Below, piece after piece: positions 62,719-64,000 of a DNA stretch of 64,000 nt. Position 1 is the first letter of the stretch; each line of letters opens with the position of its first letter. The DNA is taken from the IMG/VR virus record IMGVR_UViG_3300023176_002901. One strand, 5' to 3'. Below the pieces are notes generated by a model. That model made no database searches and was not told the origin of the DNA. It saw only the letters and a program-made list of their open reading frames with translations. This DNA comes from an uncultured virus (IMG/VR IMGVR_UViG_3300023176_002901) (taxonomy: Duplodnaviria; Heunggongvirae; Uroviricota; Caudoviricetes; Crassvirales). A program made the translations under genes and the position numbers.

Positions 62719-64000
62719 CAGAGTGTGGTTAAGAGTGAGAGGTCTGCGTTGGAAAGGCGGGTCTGGAATAGGAGGGCTTGCTTAAAGTATTGCGAGTACT
62801 CATACCCAGTAACCGTGTAACTATTTAGTTTAATTTGCGACATTGAAGATGGGATTGCACCGCTTGTATCCGTTCCTTCTTGCGCTCCGTTTACATACAA
62901 AACAAAATCGTTTTCTTTATAAGCAAATGCTACTTTTAAAGTGGCCCCAGTTTCGTAAATAGATGAACTATCAAAATTCACTTGTGTTGCGCCATTGTAC
63001 ACAAAAGCGTTTACTCTACCCGAAGAAGTTAAAATAAGTTCCATAAAATTGGTACCCGAACCCAATAAGGCAAATCTTCCCCCTCTTCGTGCCTCTACCT
63101 CTACAAACACAGTCCCTTCCGTCTGCCCAATCAAAGAAGAAACGCCCGTTTTGTACGCCTCATCAACCCCCCGTGTCACCGCAGCCGAAAGGGTGGGGAT
63201 GTACGAGGTGGCGTAGGCTCCGACCTCCGCTTGCAATCCCCAAATCGTCCGAACTGAACCAGCAACGGCATCTAATGTTGTACCATTAGCAGACAATGTA
63301 GCATAATATCCAACCGAACACAAAGTATTAGAACCCGTATCCGTAGCCGTTGAGCATATGCGCCAATATGTCCCGTAATCCTCTACTTTGGTGGTAGCGG
63401 TCAAAGTACTATCAGCATAAGTTACCGTTCCATTTACGGCATCTACAATTCCATATACGAGTTTGTAAGTGCCTCCTTGAAAATACATTGTGAATCCACC
63501 GTAAGCCGTTTCGCTCGTTTCTTTCTTTACAAACACGGAAATTGTAAGCGTTGAATTTGCAGAAAGAGAAATGTTTTGGGTTACTGTTTTATATGTACCC
63601 GCAACGGTAGATTGAATACCATCAGCACCTCCATAGCCATCGGGGGCCGTTGCGATGTTTGTGGTAATAGTTGGCGAACCACCTTTTGACCAAGCCGCGT
63701 TGTCTATTGATTCGCTGAATTTCAAGAGGTTCGTCCGTTGTGGCTCAAGCAAAAGAGAAGGGCTATTAGCCCCTCCCGAATAGTCAAGGCGAGGGATGTT
63801 AGCAAGAGGTCCTACAGATACAGCAGAGGTGGTTGTTTCAATGTAGTCGGTAGGTACGCCCGTTTCCATCTGAGCGCCCCATACCAGTATGCCGTCGGTT
63901 CCGTTTGACGTAACAGTAACTACGCTATCGGAATCGGTTGGATAAATGTGCATATACCCCGTACCTCCGTTGCCTAAATCGGTGAAACCAATACGCCACC
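62718..64000 (-). CDS. Tail fibre / receptor-binding-like protein, 5' end beyond window (allele B of 1-1156)
   Basis: Frame open to window end; same motifs; near-identical to 357-630. Confidence 0.8.
   Translation of the reverse strand, partial: WRIGFTDLGNGGTGYMHIYPTDSDSVVTVTSNGTDGILVWGAQMETGVPTDYIETTTSAVSVGPLANIPRLDYSGGANSPSLLLEPQRTNLLKFSESIDNAAWSKGGSPTITTNIATAPDGYGGADGIQSTVAGTYKTVTQNISLSANSTLTISVFVKKETSETAYGGFTMYFQGGTYKLVYGIVDAVNGTVTYADSTLTATTKVEDYGTYWRICSTATDTGSNTLCSVGYYATLSANGTTLDAVAGSVRTIWGLQAEVGAYATSYIPTLSAAVTRGVDEAYKTGVSSLIGQTEGTVFVEVEARRGGRFALLGSGTNFMELILTSSGRVNAFVYNGATQVNFDSSSIYETGATLKVAFAYKENDFVLYVNGAQEGTDTSGAIPSSMSQIKLNSYTVTGYEYSQYFKQALLFQTRLSNADLSLLTTL

Noticed and set aside
1..64000. 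Prophage state or stop-codon reassignment
   Set aside because: No integrase, att site or host genes; long genes are intact in the standard code and there is no suppressor tRNA.

Overview
The window is essentially one full genome (unit length about 63,370 bp, circularly permuted, the two ends overlapping inside a tail-fibre gene) of a tailed dsDNA phage with a podovirus-like gene set. The host is most likely a Bacteroidota/flavobacterium: there are many TAnnTTTG promoter boxes and A-rich leaders with no Shine-Dalgarno. The + strand block (about 7.97-25.0 kb) holds early and replication genes: ArdC, Sak-like annealase, ExoVIII-like nuclease, SSB-like protein, primase-helicase, SF2 helicase, VRR-NUC, DnaA-C-like HTH, metallophosphoesterase, MazG-like protein and two tRNAs. 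The - strand block holds a 3796-aa modular injected protein, tail, capsid, portal and terminase genes, lysis genes, a tail-fibre cluster and GroEL/GroES. I see no DNA polymerase, RNA polymerase, integrase or reverse transcriptase. The most striking feature is an RNA-based module at the start of the early operon: a ~600-nt highly structured non-coding RNA candidate ending in an anticodon-less tRNA-like element, then two complete type I hammerhead ribozymes with identical stem I that flank one gene and leave equal 21-nt leaders, then a second tRNA-like element after ardC. All family assignments come from reading motifs by eye, not from database searches.
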